From the NCBI GenBank assembly GCA_965207075.1, contig CBDBLO010000002.1, positions 768,001-832,000 of the forward strand: a DNA stretch of 64,000 nucleotides, read 5' to 3'. Below are positions 40,502 to 49,997 of this stretch, one piece after another. This DNA is from Nitrosopumilus sp. (GTDB lineage Archaea; Thermoproteota; Nitrososphaeria; Nitrososphaerales; Nitrosopumilaceae). Position 1 is the first letter of the stretch. The number at the start of each line of letters is the position of its first letter. The notes beneath the pieces are model-generated. The model made no database searches, had not been told where the DNA came from, and saw only the letters and a list, made by a program, of their open reading frames with translations. A program made the position numbers and the translations under genes.

Positions 40502-43500
40502 ATGAGGCCCTGTTCTGGTGCCATACTGCCTGGGCGCAGACGCGCCGTATTCGTGCTGGCAGCCGCCGCCCTGGCGCTGGCCCTTGCCTTGGCGCCCGGC
40601 GCCGCCCTGTTCCAGGCCGGAAGCATCCCGTCGCCCAGTCTGGACGGTGGCTGGCAGCCTGAGAATCTTCCGGTTTTTCTCTCTGACGCGTGGGCGCACG
40701 TGCTTTCTGCCCTGCTGACTGACGCAGGAAAGATTACCGACACCGGTTCCCTCGAGCTTGACGGCGCTATTGGCATCGCCACGTTCGAGGCGTCGGACGG
40801 CACCAACACCAACACGTACGCCGCAGTTGCCGCGTACATCGACGACGGCGTCCAGGTACTGAAGCTGACCGACGGCGACACGCTGCTGGCAAACCCGTCG
40901 GATGCCGGAAAGATAGTCGACACCACATCCCTCGAGCTTGCCGGCGCCTGGGCCATCGCCATATTTGAGGCGTCGGACGGCACCAACACCAACACCTACG
41001 CCGCGGTGGCAGCAACAGATGACGACGGCGTCCAGGTACTGAGGCTGACCGACGGCGACACGATACGGTCAAACCCGCAGGCCGCTGGAAAGATAGGCAA
41101 CACCACATCCATCAAGCTTGCCGGCGTCGAAGGCATTGCCATATTTGAGGCGTCGGACGGCACCAACACCAACACTTACGCCGCGGTAGCCTCGCGACTT
41201 GACGACGGCGTCCAGATACTAAAGCTGACCGACGGCGACACGATACGGTCAAACCCGCAGGCCGCCGGAAAGATAGGCGACGGCGACAAAGACGGCCTCA
41301 GGCTTGACGGCGCCGTGGGCATCGCCATATTTGAGGCGACCAAAGACGGCAGTACCAACAAGTACGCCGCGGTGGCAGCAGTAGGTGACGACGGCGTCCA
41401 GGTACTAAAGCTGACCGACGGCGACACGATACGGTCAAACCCGTCGGATGCCGGAAAGCTAGGCGACACCACATCCCTCGAGCTTGACGGCGCCAGGGGC
41501 ATCGCCATCTTTGAGGTATCCGACGGCACCAACACCAACACGCACGCCGCGGTGGCAGCAGCAGGTGACGACGGCGTCCAGGTACTGAGGCTGACTACCG
41601 GCGCCGGTATCCTTGAGACCAACCCGCGGGACGCCGGAAATATAGGCGACGACGAAAGCCTCGAGCTTGACGGCGCCTGGGCCATCGCCACGTTCGAGGT
41701 GTCCGACGGCACCAACACCAGCACGTACGCCGCAGTTGCCGCATGGGAAGACTACGGCGTCCAGGTACTGAGGCTGACCGACGGCGGCACGGTACTGACA
41801 GACCCGGCTGACGCCGGAAATATAGCCGACGACGAAAGCCTCGCGCTTGCCGAATCCTGGGGCATCAGCATATTTGAGGCGTCCAAAGACGGCAGTACCG
41901 ACAAGTACGCCGCAGTTACCGCATGGAGCGACGGCGGCGTCCAGATACTGAAGATGGACTTTCCCAACTCGCCGCCGGTCCTTGCCGACGCCCCGACAAT
42001 CACCGTGGACGGCACCGTCACCACGAGCACGGCCATAGGCAAGGGCTCTGCCGTCTCCATGCAGTGGACGGCAACCGACGCTGACGGCGACACCATATCC
42101 TACGAGTGGAGCCACGACCGGACGGACCTGCTCGACCAGTTCTCGTCGACGACAGACACCGTGGAGTTTACGGTGCCGCCCGATCTCGACGCAGACGCCA
42201 CGCTCACAGTCACGCTTGCCGCAACCGACCAACACGGGGACACGGCCTCCGGCACCCTCGTCCTTTCACTCAAAAAAGATCTCATAGTCGCGGACGCGGG
42301 CAACGACAGGACCGTGGCCCCCTACGCCGCGGTCACGCTGGACGCCTCGGCCTCGACTGTCACCGACGCGACGACATTCGCGTGGAGCCAGACCTCCGGC
42401 ACCCCCCTGGTCGCGCTTTCGGAGACCGACACCGCGTCGCCCTGGTTTTTGGCGCCGGAGGTGGACGCGCCCGTCGACCTGGTCTTCACCCTGTCGCTGG
42501 CAGAGGGCGGGTCCACCATTGTGACCGACACGGTCACCGTGACAGTCGACCCCGGCGCCTTTGGCACTACATGGGAGATGCCGGCAGGCGACCTCGTGCT
42601 GACCCTGCCGGTGTCGGGGGCCGGCATGACCATAGACTGGGGCGACGGCAGCCCCGGCGAGGCGGCCACGGGCCCCGCCGACCACGCCTACGATACGGCG
42701 GGCACCTACTCGGTCAGCGTCTCGGGCGGCCTGCAGCGCTTCCACCTCGACGGCCACCAGGACGCGCCCAAGCTAAAGGCGGTGGACTGGTGGGGCGCGG
42801 CGCAGTGGACCTCGATGGAAGACGCCTTCCGGGGGGCATCCAGCATGGAATACGGCGCGCCAGACGCGCCCGACCTGTCAGGCGTCGCCGACATGTCCGG
42901 CATGTTCGAGGGCGCCTCCTCCTTTGACCAGCCCCTAAACTCCTGGAACGTCTCGTCCGTCACCGACATGAGATTCATGTTCAGCGGCGCCTCCTCCTTT
43001 GACCAGCCCCTGAACGCCTGGGACGTCTCAAGCGTCATCCGCATGGACCGCATGTTCCAGGACGCCTCCTCCTTTGACCAGCCCCTAAACTCCTGGGACG
43101 TCTCGTCCGTCACCGACATGACCCGCATGTTCCAGAGCGCCGACTCCTTTGACCAGCCCCTAAACTCCTGGGACGTCTCGTCCGTCACCGACATGCACAA
43201 CATGTTCAACCACGCCTCCTCCTTTGACCAGCCCCTGAACGCCTGGGACGTCTCACGCGTCACCGACATGAACCTCATGTTCCAGGACGCCTCCTCCTTT
43301 GACCAGCCCCTCAACGACTGGGACGTCTCGTCCGTCACCGCCATGTACAGCATGTTCCGGGGCGCCTCCTCCTTTGACCAGCCCCTAAACTCCTGGGACG
43401 TCTCACGCGTCACCAACATGCACAACATGTTCAGCGACGCCTCCTCCTTTGACCAGCCCCTCAACGACTGGGACGTCTCAAGCGTCATCCGCATGGACCG

Positions 43501-45079
43501 CATGTTCAGCGGCGCCACCGCCTTCAACCAGAACCTCGGGAAGTGGTACATAGTGCTCGACGACACCGGCATATCCGACGACGGCGAGACGCTGGCCATC
43601 CGCGCCCAGAACTCGTTCCTGGAGGGGCAGGACCCCTCGTACGCGACCCGCACCCCCGGCTTTGCCGTCACCGGCAACGACATGCTGGGCCTTGACGCAG
43701 AGGACCCGGCGGATCCCGGAACCCGCACCGTCAGGATAATCACCACGGACGGCAACACCATCTTCGGCGCCTCCAACTTTGCCGACGTGGAGGTGTCGGT
43801 CAACGCCCGGCCCGCGGTGGACGCGGGGCCCGACAGGACCGTGGCCGGGGGCTCTACCGTAACCCTCGGCGGCGCCGGCTCCGACCCCGAGGGCGCCGTC
43901 ACCCTGCAGTGGAGCCAGTCCGCCGGCCCCGGGGTGGACCTGTCGGGGGCCTCCACCCGGGCCCCCGCGTTCACGGCTCCGGCAGGCCCCGCGGTCCTCG
44001 TCTTCGCGCTGACCGTCACCGACTCGGAGGGCGCCACCGCCTCTGATTCCGTGCGGGTCACGGTATACGCGGTGACCGGCCCCCCGGCAGCCGACGCCGG
44101 GCCGGACCAGGTGGCGCAGGAGGGCGCCACGGTCATCCTCGAAGGCTCCGCATCTGACCCCGACGGCGACGACCTCGAATACAGGTGGACCCACAACGGC
44201 CCGGCATCAATAGTCCTGTCCGGCGCCGACTCCCGGACCGCCCACTTTACGGCGCCCCAGGTGAACCGCGACCTGTACGTCACGTTCACGCTCGAGGCAA
44301 GCGGCGGGGGCCAGCGGGACTCTGACACGGTGCTGGTCATAGTCAGGGACCGCCCCGCGCAGCACCAGGGCAACACGGCGCCGTCCCTCACCCTTCCGGG
44401 CGGCCCGTACGTGCAGCTTATGCGGGGCGGCACCCACGCGGGCCCCTCGTGCCACGACGCCGAGGACGGCCCCATAACGGGCATCTCCTCCACGGGCGCG
44501 GTCGACACCGGGACCCCGGGCACCTACACGGTCACGTACACGTGCACCGACAGCGGCGGCCTCTCGGACTCCGCGTCGCAGACCGTGGTGGTCCACCAGT
44601 ACCGCGCCGCGCTGACGGTGAACCCGCCGAGCCCCGCGATACTCGACGTGGGCGACGCCTACGCGGACCCCGGCGCCACCTGCGAGTTCCCCGACGGCTC
44701 CAGCCGCCCGGCGGTCCAGACGCGCAGCACCGTGGACACGTCGAGGCCCGGCACGTACCTGGTCTCGTACGCGTGCAGCGGCCCGGAAGGCGAGGTCCTT
44801 GCCGCCGAGTCCAGGCGCGTCATAGTCAAGAGCCCCGGCGCCGACCTGGCGCCGGTCATACACCCCCCGTCGCCGGTGACCATAACCGCGGGCCAGACGT
44901 GGACCGACCCCGGCATAACATGCACCGACGACCTCGACCCGGACCCCGTCGTGAGGGTGGTGGCCAGCAACCTGGACGTCTCCAGGCCCGGCGAGTACCG
45001 CGTATTCTACACGTGCACCGACGACGCGGGGAACGGCGCCACGGCCGTCCGGACGGTCACGGTCGCGCCGCGGCAGTAG
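40502..45079 (+). CDS. giant secreted protein: 7 LVIVD-like propeller blades, PKD domains, DUF285/BspA-like 25-aa repeats, three C-terminal DUF5011-like domains
   Basis: RRR plus hydrophobic signal; YAAVAAxxDDGVQVL x7; FDQPLNSWDVSSVTDM repeats; C-terminus nearly identical to that of 10682..18127. Confidence 0.92.
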   Translation: MRPCSGAILPGRRRAVFVLAAAALALALALAPGAALFQAGSIPSPSLDGGWQPENLPVFLSDAWAHVLSALLTDAGKITDTGSLELDGAIGIATFEASDGTNTNTYAAVAAYIDDGVQVLKLTDGDTLLANPSDAGKIVDTTSLELAGAWAIAIFEASDGTNTNTYAAVAATDDDGVQVLRLTDGDTIRSNPQAAGKIGNTTSIKLAGVEGIAIFEASDGTNTNTYAAVASRLDDGVQILKLTDGDTIRSNPQAAGKIGDGDKDGLRLDGAVGIAIFEATKDGSTNKYAAVAAVGDDGVQVLKLTDGDTIRSNPSDAGKLGDTTSLELDGARGIAIFEVSDGTNTNTHAAVAAAGDDGVQVLRLTTGAGILETNPRDAGNIGDDESLELDGAWAIATFEVSDGTNTSTYAAVAAWEDYGVQVLRLTDGGTVLTDPADAGNIADDESLALAESWGISIFEASKDGSTDKYAAVTAWSDGGVQILKMDFPNSPPVLADAPTITVDGTVTTSTAIGKGSAVSMQWTATDADGDTISYEWSHDRTDLLDQFSSTTDTVEFTVPPDLDADATLTVTLAATDQHGDTASGTLVLSLKKDLIVADAGNDRTVAPYAAVTLDASASTVTDATTFAWSQTSGTPLVALSETDTASPWFLAPEVDAPVDLVFTLSLAEGGSTIVTDTVTVTVDPGAFGTTWEMPAGDLVLTLPVSGAGMTIDWGDGSPGEAATGPADHAYDTAGTYSVSVSGGLQRFHLDGHQDAPKLKAVDWWGAAQWTSMEDAFRGASSMEYGAPDAPDLSGVADMSGMFEGASSFDQPLNSWNVSSVTDMRFMFSGASSFDQPLNAWDVSSVIRMDRMFQDASSFDQPLNSWDVSSVTDMTRMFQSADSFDQPLNSWDVSSVTDMHNMFNHASSFDQPLNAWDVSRVTDMNLMFQDASSFDQPLNDWDVSSVTAMYSMFRGASSFDQPLNSWDVSRVTNMHNMFSDASSFDQPLNDWDVSSVIRMDRMFSGATAFNQNLGKWYIVLDDTGISDDGETLAIRAQNSFLEGQDPSYATRTPGFAVTGNDMLGLDAEDPADPGTRTVRIITTDGNTIFGASNFADVEVSVNARPAVDAGPDRTVAGGSTVTLGGAGSDPEGAVTLQWSQSAGPGVDLSGASTRAPAFTAPAGPAVLVFALTVTDSEGATASDSVRVTVYAVTGPPAADAGPDQVAQEGATVILEGSASDPDGDDLEYRWTHNGPASIVLSGADSRTAHFTAPQVNRDLYVTFTLEASGGGQRDSDTVLVIVRDRPAQHQGNTAPSLTLPGGPYVQLMRGGTHAGPSCHDAEDGPITGISSTGAVDTGTPGTYTVTYTCTDSGGLSDSASQTVVVHQYRAALTVNPPSPAILDVGDAYADPGATCEFPDGSSRPAVQTRSTVDTSRPGTYLVSYACSGPEGEVLAAESRRVIVKSPGADLAPVIHPPSPVTITAGQTWTDPGITCTDDLDPDPVVRVVASNLDVSRPGEYRVFYTCTDDAGNGATAVRTVTVAPRQ

Positions 45080-45543
45080 CGCCGCCGCCCCTTGTTCCGC
45101 TCCGGGAAGCCGGCCGGCCGGCCGGCGGCGGCGCGCCGGGCCTGCTCGACTCCGGCTGCCCCGCCCCTGCCATGTCGCGGCGCGTGCGCCCGGCCGTCCT
45201 CCACGCTGCGGCGCGGCTGCTTCAGCGGGTTGCGGGGATCCCCTGCGGCGGGAACGGGGGCGTTCGCGCGCCGCAGGGCTGCAGCGGGGACGCACAATCA
45301 TGCAGCAGTACCTCCGGCCAAGGACAGAGCGGCATTGCAAAAAGGATCCGAGCCAGGCGTTGAAGCGGGCCCCCACGGCGCCCTGCAACCATGCGGCAGT
45401 CCATCCCCTGCAGAGTTCGAATCAAAACCAATTCGAACCCAACCAGCAGGGTTAAATCCCGCTTTCCCCCTAACCTGCATGTTGACAGGCACGAGTTTGG
45501 ACGGCAAAGTTCGAATCAGAAACCGGCCCGCGGAAGATGGGAA

Positions 45544-45618
45544 TGGGCCCGATGAGATTCGAACTCATGACCTTTCGATTATCAGTCGAACGCTCCAGCC
45601 AAGCTGAGCTACGAGCCC
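45544..45618 (-). tRNA. tRNA-Ile (GAT)
   Basis: GGGCTCG acceptor; anticodon arm TTCGA-CTGATAA-TCGAA; GTTCGAATC T-loop. Confidence 0.95.
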
Positions 45619-45833
45619 ACTCTTGCTCAAACCATACAAGTGTCATTTAAGTAATTCGAACACTTTTGGCACCCGGCGCGTATCTGCGGGACGGGCCGCA
45701 CTCCCTCTGCCACCCGGCGTCCCACTCTGGATTCATGTTGCATGATCATGGCACGCACTGCGTCGGGACGCGCACCGGCATCCGTCCTGCACGGAATCAC
45801 CGCGGTCCGCCATGCAGCGCATCGAATGCACGC

Positions 45834-46382
45834 TCAGCGCCACTTTATGGAGCACCCTATTGACGGCTCAAAGTCCTTTGGAACGGGCTCCCCTGCAAGC
45901 ATCCTGCCGATGTTCTCGATCATGGTCTTCTCTGTCGGTGAGTCATCCGGCCCGGGGGCGTCGTCTATCCTGCCGTGGAATACCAGCCTGCGGTTTGCGT
46001 CAAACAGAAACGGGTCGGGCGTGCATACGGCCCCGTACGCGCGTGCCACGTCCTGCGTCTCGTCAACCAGATAGTCGAACTTGAACCCCTTCTCCCTTGC
46101 CGTCTTCTTCATTGCATCAAAGCTGTCCTCGGGATAGTCAGTCGAGTCGTTGCTGTTGATTCCTACTATGGCAATCTCGGAGCCGTACCTGTCGTACAGC
46201 TCGTTGAGCGCGTCCGTCTTTGCCTTGACGTACGGGCAGTGGTTGCACATGAATATCACCAAGAGTCCCTTGTACCCGTCGTAGTCGGTAGGGGAGTGGC
46301 GCTTGTCGTCTATCCCGATGAGCGAAAAGTCCGGGGCCTCGTCACCCGCTTTCAGCTTTGTCTGGGACTCCAGCAGCACCAT
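45834..46382 (-). CDS. thioredoxin-fold peroxiredoxin-like protein (AhpC/TSA family)
   Basis: FMCNHCPYV, YPEDS, YGAVCTPD, SIGCSIKW. Confidence 0.93.
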   Translation of the reverse strand: MVLLESQTKLKAGDEAPDFSLIGIDDKRHSPTDYDGYKGLLVIFMCNHCPYVKAKTDALNELYDRYGSEIAIVGINSNDSTDYPEDSFDAMKKTAREKGFKFDYLVDETQDVARAYGAVCTPDPFLFDANRRLVFHGRIDDAPGPDDSPTEKTMIENIGRMLAGEPVPKDFEPSIGCSIKWR

Positions 46383-46475
46383 GCGCGGCGTGCATGGCCT
46401 GCAAATAAAACCCTTGCCAGTCAGTTGCGTCGTGCGTATCCCGGCCGCGCCGGCGCCGCGGGTGGCATGCCGCGA

Positions 46476-46970
46476 TCAGCCCTTGTGGCTGTAACGCATT
46501 CCGCTAGACGTGTGCTTGAACCCCAAATCTGTGTAAAAGTCCACCAACCCATCCTCGCAGTCAAGAACGGTCTTGTAGCATCCGCGCTCCCGCGCCGCGT
46601 CGAGCAGGTACCTGACAATCATTCCGCCTATGCCCCTTTTCTGGTACTCTTGGCGGACTGCAACATCCTCTATGTGTCCCGCCATCCCGCCGTCATGGAT
46701 GAACTTTGTCTCAAACAGTACGGTGGCAGTCCCCACCACCCTTCCGCCGAGTTCCGCCACCGCGACCAGGCGGTTCCCGTCGGACATGATTGCGTCCATC
46801 ACGCGCTCGGCCCTTTCGCGGGACATGGCGCTCGCGGGCCTCAGCGCGTCAAGCGTCTCCAAGAGCCCGTTGTGTATGTCGTCCCTCTGCAGAGGCCTTA
46901 CCGTTATGCCGTCACTTTCCGTGTCACTTGCAGTCCCATGCCCGCCTCCGGCACCGCCGTAACTGCCCAT
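46476..46970 (-). CDS. GNAT acetyltransferase, glucosamine-6-phosphate N-acetyltransferase-like
   Basis: ETKFIH...GHIEDVAV...YQKRGIG...GCYKTVLDC...FY; start uncertain. Confidence 0.9.
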   Translation of the reverse strand: MGSYGGAGGGHGTASDTESDGITVRPLQRDDIHNGLLETLDALRPASAMSRERAERVMDAIMSDGNRLVAVAELGGRVVGTATVLFETKFIHDGGMAGHIEDVAVRQEYQKRGIGGMIVRYLLDAARERGCYKTVLDCEDGLVDFYTDLGFKHTSSGMRYSHKG

Positions 46971-47229
46971 CGCCGTTGTGTGGCCCTAGAGTCCTTATCT
47001 GTTTTTACCGCGCAAGGGTCGGCGTCCTCGCGGCAAGCGTCCTGCGGGACTTGCAGCGGCCGCGCGGTGTCAGGCGCACGGCGCAGGCAGGAGACCGATG
47101 CGCGCAGGCCGCAGGGTCCGTCGCGTGCCAGACGCACGGTGCCGTCGAGGGTGCAGGGTCCGGACGCTGCCGGACCGGCCGCGCGGAGGGCAGCAACAAT
47201 TAAAGTCCGCACATGGAGGCACGGCGTGG

Positions 47230-47306
47230 GGGCCGGTAGTATAGCCTGGTAGTATACCCGCCTTGCACGCGGGGGGTCGCGGATTCAAATTCCGTCCGGT
47301 CCACCA
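47230..47306 (+). tRNA. tRNA-Ala (TGC) with encoded CCA
   Basis: GGGCCGG/CCGGTCC acceptor with G3:U70; anticodon arm CCCGC-CTTGCAC-GCGGG. Confidence 0.95.
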
Positions 47307-47584
47307 ATCAGTGTTGCCACATGCGGCGCCCCGCGCCCATCCGGTTTTGGGTTTACATGCGTTCCTGATCCCATGCCGCCGTCGGCGGGATCCCGCCACT
47401 GGACCGTGTACCTGCATGTGCGATCGTGCCAAAGGCTGCACACCGGACGCACCCCGGATCACGGCGGCGGGTACCGCGCCGGCGGCGCCCCAGACGCCGC
47501 CCATTCGGCCTGCGATCAGCGGCGTCGGCCGCCCCGCAGCCACCCCGCAGATCCAGTCATGAATATACTCACATGACAGGCACG

Positions 47585-47607
47585 AAATCCACGGGTGGAT
47601 TTAAATA
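47585..47607 (+). promoter_or_regulatory. perfect palindrome overlapping a TATA box
   Basis: AAATCCAC-GG-GTGGATTT (47585-47602) overlaps TTTAAATA (47600-47607), ~25 bp before ATG 47630. Confidence 0.7.
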
Positions 47608-47629
47608 GCATGTAGTTATGAACCGTATC

Positions 47630-47731
47630 ATGGCAAGTGTAGCAGATGGATGGCCTGTGTGGATTCCCCTGATCGTAGGTTTGGCGCCTGGGCTCGTATA
47701 CTGGCTTGCAATTACTGCAAAGAGAAAGTAA
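47630..47731 (+). CDS. 33-aa single-pass membrane microprotein (absent from the ORF track)
   Basis: MASVADGWPVWIPLIVGLAPGLVYWLAITAKRK; TATA box upstream, hairpin and T-run downstream. Confidence 0.75.
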   Translation: MASVADGWPVWIPLIVGLAPGLVYWLAITAKRK

Positions 47732-47733
47732 TA

Positions 47734-47760
47734 GGGCTAAAGCCCATTTGACCCTTTTTC
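47734..47760 (+). terminator. putative terminator
   Basis: GGGCT-AA-AGCCC hairpin followed by CCCTTTTTC directly after the stop. Confidence 0.45.
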
Positions 47761-47821
47761 GATCGCTCCCACTGGATGGTGCGCGTTTGCCTAAAACCTT
47801 TGATCTTCTAGTCGACTATAA

Positions 47822-49021
47822 TTGCCCAAGGCTGTTATCCCTCTGCGGGGCTATGACGCGGTGTTGTACCGGACGCGCAAGGCGTATGGCGCCATGATGG
47901 CGCTGGCAGCCGCCATCGTACTCTCTGCCGCATCCGCCGCTGCCATTGTGACGCACGACGGCGCGGCGCAGGCACAGGAGTACTACGACACGCCGCAGGC
48001 GCTTGCGGTAATGCTCGTGCAGGACAGCAGGTACCTCGCCCTGGACGAGCAGGGGCATGCGGTGCTGACTGGAATGGTCGAGAACAGGGGAACCAGCTAC
48101 GTCTCAAACGTCCGGATATGGGCCATCTTTTACGACGACGCGGCAAGCGCGCCAGTCGACGTGGAGGTGGGTTATCCTGCAATCGAGGTGATCCCCCCCA
48201 ACTCCATGGTGCCGTTTGAGATCGTGTCATCTGAGCCGAACCTGGGCGTAACCGACGCATCGGCGCGGATCGGGGGGTTTGACTCTGCCCCCACAAAGGA
48301 GCCCCTGCTGTCCGTAGAGGTGGAGAGCATCGAGCCCTATGCAAGCGGGCAGGACGTGCGCATGGCCATCAGGGGCGACGTATACAACGGGCCCGCGCCG
48401 TCAGAATATGCGGCAGTGCACGTCGCGTACCACGACGCCTTTGAACCGCCCCGGACGCTGGGCATCGATACAATTACGGTGGGCCCGATGCTGCGCTACG
48501 AGTCCGCCCAGTTTGAGGCCGACTTTGTCGCGCCGCCCGGCACGGAGAGGATCTCGATACATGCGGAGACCGACATCTACCACCTTGCAGGGCAGCAGAG
48601 CGCGCGGTACGTGGCAGTCGACCTGCCGCCCCCCTACCCGGTCCTGCCCCCCAACATAGTGACCATCTCGGGCGTGTCGCTCCGTGACGGCGTGGGCACC
48701 ATACTGTCGTCGGCGCAGGCGGGCCAGACCGTCTATATCAGGGCCGACACGTCGGTACTGCCTATCGCGCACGAGGGCGAGCAGGGGGCCGAGATACCGT
48801 ACACGTTCTACGTCCAGGTAAGGGAGGCGTCGCCTGATGCGCCAGTCGAATTCATCGGAAAGTACGACGGGCGCTTTGTCGTGGGCCAGAACGTCCAGAC
48901 GCAGAGCGTGGACTGGATTCCGGAGAATCCTGGACTGTACGTGGCAGAGACGTTTGTCTGGGACCGCGGCGACGTGCCGCTTGCCGAGCGCGGCCCCTAC
49001 ATGCTCATACTGGTCGAGTAA
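47822..49021 (+). CDS. secreted protein with FxLYD-like Ig-fold domains
   Basis: signal peptide (real start probably ~47886-47898); LTGMVENRG...VRIWAIFYD...PNSMVPFEI. Confidence 0.8.
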   Translation: MPKAVIPLRGYDAVLYRTRKAYGAMMALAAAIVLSAASAAAIVTHDGAAQAQEYYDTPQALAVMLVQDSRYLALDEQGHAVLTGMVENRGTSYVSNVRIWAIFYDDAASAPVDVEVGYPAIEVIPPNSMVPFEIVSSEPNLGVTDASARIGGFDSAPTKEPLLSVEVESIEPYASGQDVRMAIRGDVYNGPAPSEYAAVHVAYHDAFEPPRTLGIDTITVGPMLRYESAQFEADFVAPPGTERISIHAETDIYHLAGQQSARYVAVDLPPPYPVLPPNIVTISGVSLRDGVGTILSSAQAGQTVYIRADTSVLPIAHEGEQGAEIPYTFYVQVREASPDAPVEFIGKYDGRFVVGQNVQTQSVDWIPENPGLYVAETFVWDRGDVPLAERGPYMLILVE

Positions 49022-49060
49022 CCGGCATACAAGAAGAAGCTTCTTTACCGCGGGTGCGCC

Positions 49061-49573
49061 ATGCATGACATGCCCGTACGCGAAGGCACGAAGAGGTATG
49101 CGGTGGCGGCCACCGGCGGCACCTTTGACACGATACACAGGGGGCACCGCGCGCTGCTTGACGCGGCGTTCGCCGCGTCAGAGAAGGTGATAATCGGCCT
49201 GACAAGCGACGCGATGCTTGCAGGCAAGGGGGGCCGCGGCGCAAGGGAAAAGGGGCACGCCGTGCGCAGCTATGCCGAGCGGCTTGCCGGCCTCCAAGAG
49301 TACATACGCCTGTCGCACCCGGACTCGGCCTGCGTGATAAGCGGGCTTGACGACGACTTTGGGCCCGCCGTCCTGGCCGGCGAGGTGGAGGCGCTCGTGG
49401 CAAGCGAGGAGACCGCCTTCAAGGCGGGCAAGCTGAACAAGATGAGGCTCTCAAGGGGGCTTGGGCCGGTCGAGACGGTCGTGGTGGGGATGGTGGCCGC
49501 ACACGACGGCGGCCGCATATCGTCAAGCCGCATACGGAACGGGGAGATAGACGCGGACGGCAACGCCGCGTGA
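49061..49573 (+). CDS. coaD: phosphopantetheine adenylyltransferase (archaeal type)
   Basis: GGTFDTIHRGH, IGLTSD, FGPA, SEET, ISSSRIRNGEID. Confidence 0.93.
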   Translation: MHDMPVREGTKRYAVAATGGTFDTIHRGHRALLDAAFAASEKVIIGLTSDAMLAGKGGRGAREKGHAVRSYAERLAGLQEYIRLSHPDSACVISGLDDDFGPAVLAGEVEALVASEETAFKAGKLNKMRLSRGLGPVETVVVGMVAAHDGGRISSSRIRNGEIDADGNAA

Positions 49574-49637
49574 CTGCGCCTTTTTGTCTAATATGGTTGA
49601 TCACGCGCCATATCAAGGGAGGCCGCGGCCGTACACC

Positions 49638-49967
49638 ATGGGCCTGATGGACCGCATGATGCGGCAGTTTGATGACGACGTGGGCCGCCTCCGTGACGGG
49701 CTGCTGCCAGAGAACCTGGCGTACTGGTACGGAAAGGTCACGGCAGACGCCGTAGAGATGGCTCCCCCCTGGCTTCAGGACAAGATTGCGGTGAGGCAGG
49801 ATCCGATACTTCCGATGAAGTTTGACCTGGACATATCGAGGCGGGCCGTCCGCTACTTTGCAATCGCGGTGGAGAAGAACATGGGGGACATGCCGCGCAC
49901 CACCCGGCTGTACTTTCTCAAGGTGCAGCAGGCGGTATCATCGGAGATGGACAAGTCGCTTGTGTGA
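49638..49967 (+). CDS. hypothetical protein
   Basis: coding-like ORF in operon context; ATG 49638 chosen over the upstream alternative start. Confidence 0.7.
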   Translation: MGLMDRMMRQFDDDVGRLRDGLLPENLAYWYGKVTADAVEMAPPWLQDKIAVRQDPILPMKFDLDISRRAVRYFAIAVEKNMGDMPRTTRLYFLKVQQAVSSEMDKSLV

Positions 49968-49997
49968 CGCTTAAAATATGCGGCGCGCGGCGGTGCG

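Noticed and set aside
42890-43530. DGR-like NNC variation in DUF285 repeats
   Set aside because: Variable codons end mostly in C, which is indistinguishable from the background GC3 bias
45410-45520. GTTCGAATC motifs as attachment-site remnants of tRNA-Ile
   Set aside because: Only 9-11 bp long and inverted relative to the tRNA, whereas an att duplicate should be a direct repeat
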